Source of the DNA: Cycas panzhihuaensis
Lineage: Eukaryota > Plantae > Cycadophyta
Direction of reading: 5' to 3'
DNA length: 64,000 nt
Assembly: GCA_023213395.1 (NCBI GenBank)
Contig: CM041465.1
Location: 183,341,741 to 183,405,740 of the forward strand
Shown: positions 61,370 through 64,000 of the stretch, piece by piece
Layout of the letters: each line of letters starts with the position of its first letter
Position numbering within the stretch: position 1 is the first letter of the stretch
The notes under the pieces: generated by a model
Told to the model about the DNA's origin: nothing
What the model saw: only the letters and a program-made list of their open reading frames with translations
Databases searched by the model: none
Made by a program: the position numbers and the translations under genes

Positions 61370-64000
61370 TGTTAGCGTGGCAGTTAATTATTAAGCCACT
61401 TAATTAATGTTAATGTGGTTTAATTATGTGAAAGGGTGCCAGCCAAAAGGTGCGATTTATTCGAAGGGTCACAACCCTAATCGGGTGACACCTCTTGGAG
61501 AGTATAAATGCCTTGAGACCTTGTGTATTTCATATCCAAGTTTATTGTGCAATAATCAAGCGATCCATCAAGGATCCTCTTTGTGGTGGGTTTTTTTCCA
61601 AAAGGGTTTCCCACGTAAATACCTATGTACTGTGTATCTGTTTTTTGTATTTTCCATTTATTGCTTGCTGTGTATGGTTAAAGATCTTGCGTATGGGAAC
61701 ATCAGTGTATGATTTCATGTTCTCAAACATGGTATCAGAGCGATAGGGTCCTGCACAGCTGAAGCTTGACGATGAGCGAGGTGGTGGGATCGTTGGTTGC
61801 CGAGTGATGCCGTCTGACCCAAGACGGGTCTTGAGGGTCCATCAACCCCAGCATCGTGCAAAAGCAGGCACAGAAAAATCAATGGTTGTTGGAGCAGTGG
61901 AGATCACTATTCGACGGAGTGCAAGGGTTATTGGAGTCAGTATTCAAGCGTGAAGACCACATTTGTGGTTGGAGTTGGCTCGTTGAGGTCGCTCGAAGCC
62001 GGTTGATGATTTGTTGAAGTGATTCAAGCGAGCAGAACACGTACTGATGGTGATTCAGCGACTTTGAGGACAGCCATCTATGTACACGAGTAAGTTGATC
62101 ATTTTCTCACCAAAAATACTATAAAACTCAAAAGAGGCAAGCCTTTTCTGGTATTTCATTCATCTTGTCTATGTAAGAAGAGATTGGGGCCTTTCTGGGA
62201 TGTTTTCAGCCCTATATACCAAGATTGGAGTGAGTGTATAGCAGAACATAGTATCAAATTGTTGTTTTTTGAGTTGTAGTGTCTTGAATTGGGAGTGTGA
62301 TCCACCTATCTCTGTAGTATACATCCTGTTGAGCCCACATCCTTGTGTTGAGCAATTACTGGGCTATTCGTGAGCAGTGTGGAGACTTGTGTACAGTTGT
62401 AAGGCACTATACAACTAGATATTACTCTGGTGAAGTGCTTTTACCTTGGCTGAGCGGTTGTTTTTTGATCTTGGCGTCTCTTCCTGATGGCTGAGCGCGA
62501 TTTGTGATTGAATTGGCACACCTGGAGGCTGGTTGGGTGTTTCTTGAGACTGGATGGGCCCCTTTAAGGCTAGTTGGGCACTTGTGAGAGGCTGACAGAG
62601 CTGTTTTGTGGTGTATGTGAGTGGTTGTAGGCCGACTGAGTTTGCTTTATGGTGACCATGCATGCGTTGAGGCTGGCTAGGTCTGTCCTTGTTGTGGCTA
62701 GGCGTGTTTGAGACTCTGTGAGGCTGAAATCAGCCTATTTACCAGTCGTACGGTGACTGGTATCTCTCCCTCTCAATGCGTTGGTTTGTACATGGTGTGA
62801 AAATCGTTTTTTGAAGTGCAGCAGCCGCATCCCTTGGGATCACGTGGTGCGACTTTGTGTATCACTCATTTGATGATTTTTACAAAGGTAAAACCTTTGT
62901 GATATTGTTGAGTTGATATTACAAGGAAATAAAGCATGTGGGTTAAGTTCCAAAGGCAAGGGATTTTTAAAAAGTCGCAACTTTATAGAATATACCTTTT
63001 GGTATATTCACTTTATAATTCAACTTTATAAAAAGGCCCTTAGACCATTGATACTTGGAGATTTCTATATAGTGTGAAGAACTTTCTTTGTATTTGGAGT
63101 GTCCTTGACCCGTTTAAGCGTGGATCGAGACATATTTTGTGGATTGTTGACTTGGAGACCGTGCGTCGTCACCGTGTGGAGCCGTCCTTTGTTCTGGAGC
63201 ACATATTTGCAGCCATTGTGAGTGTCGATTGTGACATTTAATGGCTATTTAAGGTCGTTTGTTGACGGATAAGGAGATATAAACAGTCGGTGGCTCACCT
63301 AACGTGGGCATAATTCGTGTTGGGTCCCTTTGGAAGCGTGCTCGTAAGGCAGAGGACACAAGGGTGCATTTTCATCCTTAATACGTTCGTTTGGGGTTGT
63401 GTGATTCATATCGTACACTGTTGTTCGAGATGGAGAAGCTTATGCCTAAGGTTATCTTCAACAGTAACAATTTCAGCGAATGGAAGGCTAATATGAAGCT
63501 TATATTGATGGTGAACCAACTCTGGGGAATCACCAAGGCGAAGCTTGTTTCAGTCCCACTTGACCATAAGGAGCGTATCAAACTTGAAGAGAAGCAATAC
63601 ATGGCCGTTGGATTACTGAAACTCTCATTGGCGCCGGACCAGAGGGCTCTTGTTCACAATTTGGATGACCCAGTCGAGATTTGAACGAAGTTGTGTGATA
63701 CTTTTGAGAAAAAGAAGACGAATAGGCATCTTGCTCTGATGTTGGAACTACTCAATTCAAAAGTTGAAGATGAGAACAATATCAGCTCCTACCTAAATAA
63801 AATAACAGACTTGAAGAACAAGCTAGAAGAGTTAAAGCAAAACTCGATCGATGATGCGTTCTTGTTTGCGATAATCATGTCGAAGCTACCAGCTGCATTC
63901 GCCACATTCCAGACCATTTACGGTAGAGACGAAGTGATGGAGGCAGAAACTTTTGATGGGTTCAAAAACCTAATTTTAGCAGAGGATGCCAAGCTAAAAC
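61370..64000 (+). mobile_element. Ty1/copia element K: 5'LTR 61370-61729, PBS 61730-61741, leader, gag (runs off the window)
   Basis: TGTTAG...AAACA LTR; perfect PBS; gag ATG 63430 MEKLMPKVIFNSNNFSEWKANMKLILMVNQLWG with an internal stop at 63682. Inserted in G after ...PSTFE. Confidence 0.92.

Overview
Eukaryotic plant-type DNA (about 35-38% GC by eye), almost entirely nested LTR retrotransposons. A large-genome plant, possibly a gymnosperm, is inferred from the element types and intron scale. I resolved about 12 elements by LTR pairs, tRNA-iMet PBS, PPT and target-site duplications (TSDs). Ty1/copia: A 17376-21120(+), C 11783-16968(-), D 5032-6270(-), E 6271-10419(+), F ~25336-30137(+), H 34294-40750(-), G 51225-61369(+), J 53557-57772(-), K 61370->end(+). 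Ty3/gypsy: B 11213-23691(-), I 42036-46263(-), and Tat/Ogre-like L ~46269-51224(-). Nesting: A and C in B; D in E; H in a probable solo LTR; I and G in L; J and K in G. No visible polyprotein is intact. The only host coding sequence found is one clean 166-nt exon of a FAH-family (FAHD1-like) gene at 30724-30889(-), which implies introns of more than 30 kb on both sides. Bases 1-5031 are a near-identical copy of 19555-24599, either a recent tandem duplication or an assembly artefact. Most notable: (i) truncated copia J flanked by a 156-bp target duplication starting exactly at its LTR end, as in one-ended aberrant integration; (ii) a very young non-autonomous element F with heavily decayed coding remnants, about 2.5 kb of unexplained cargo and an aberrant left end; (iii) two pol-less gag+chromodomain-tail gypsy derivatives; (iv) structured or conserved long leaders. 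All counts and identities were made by eye.
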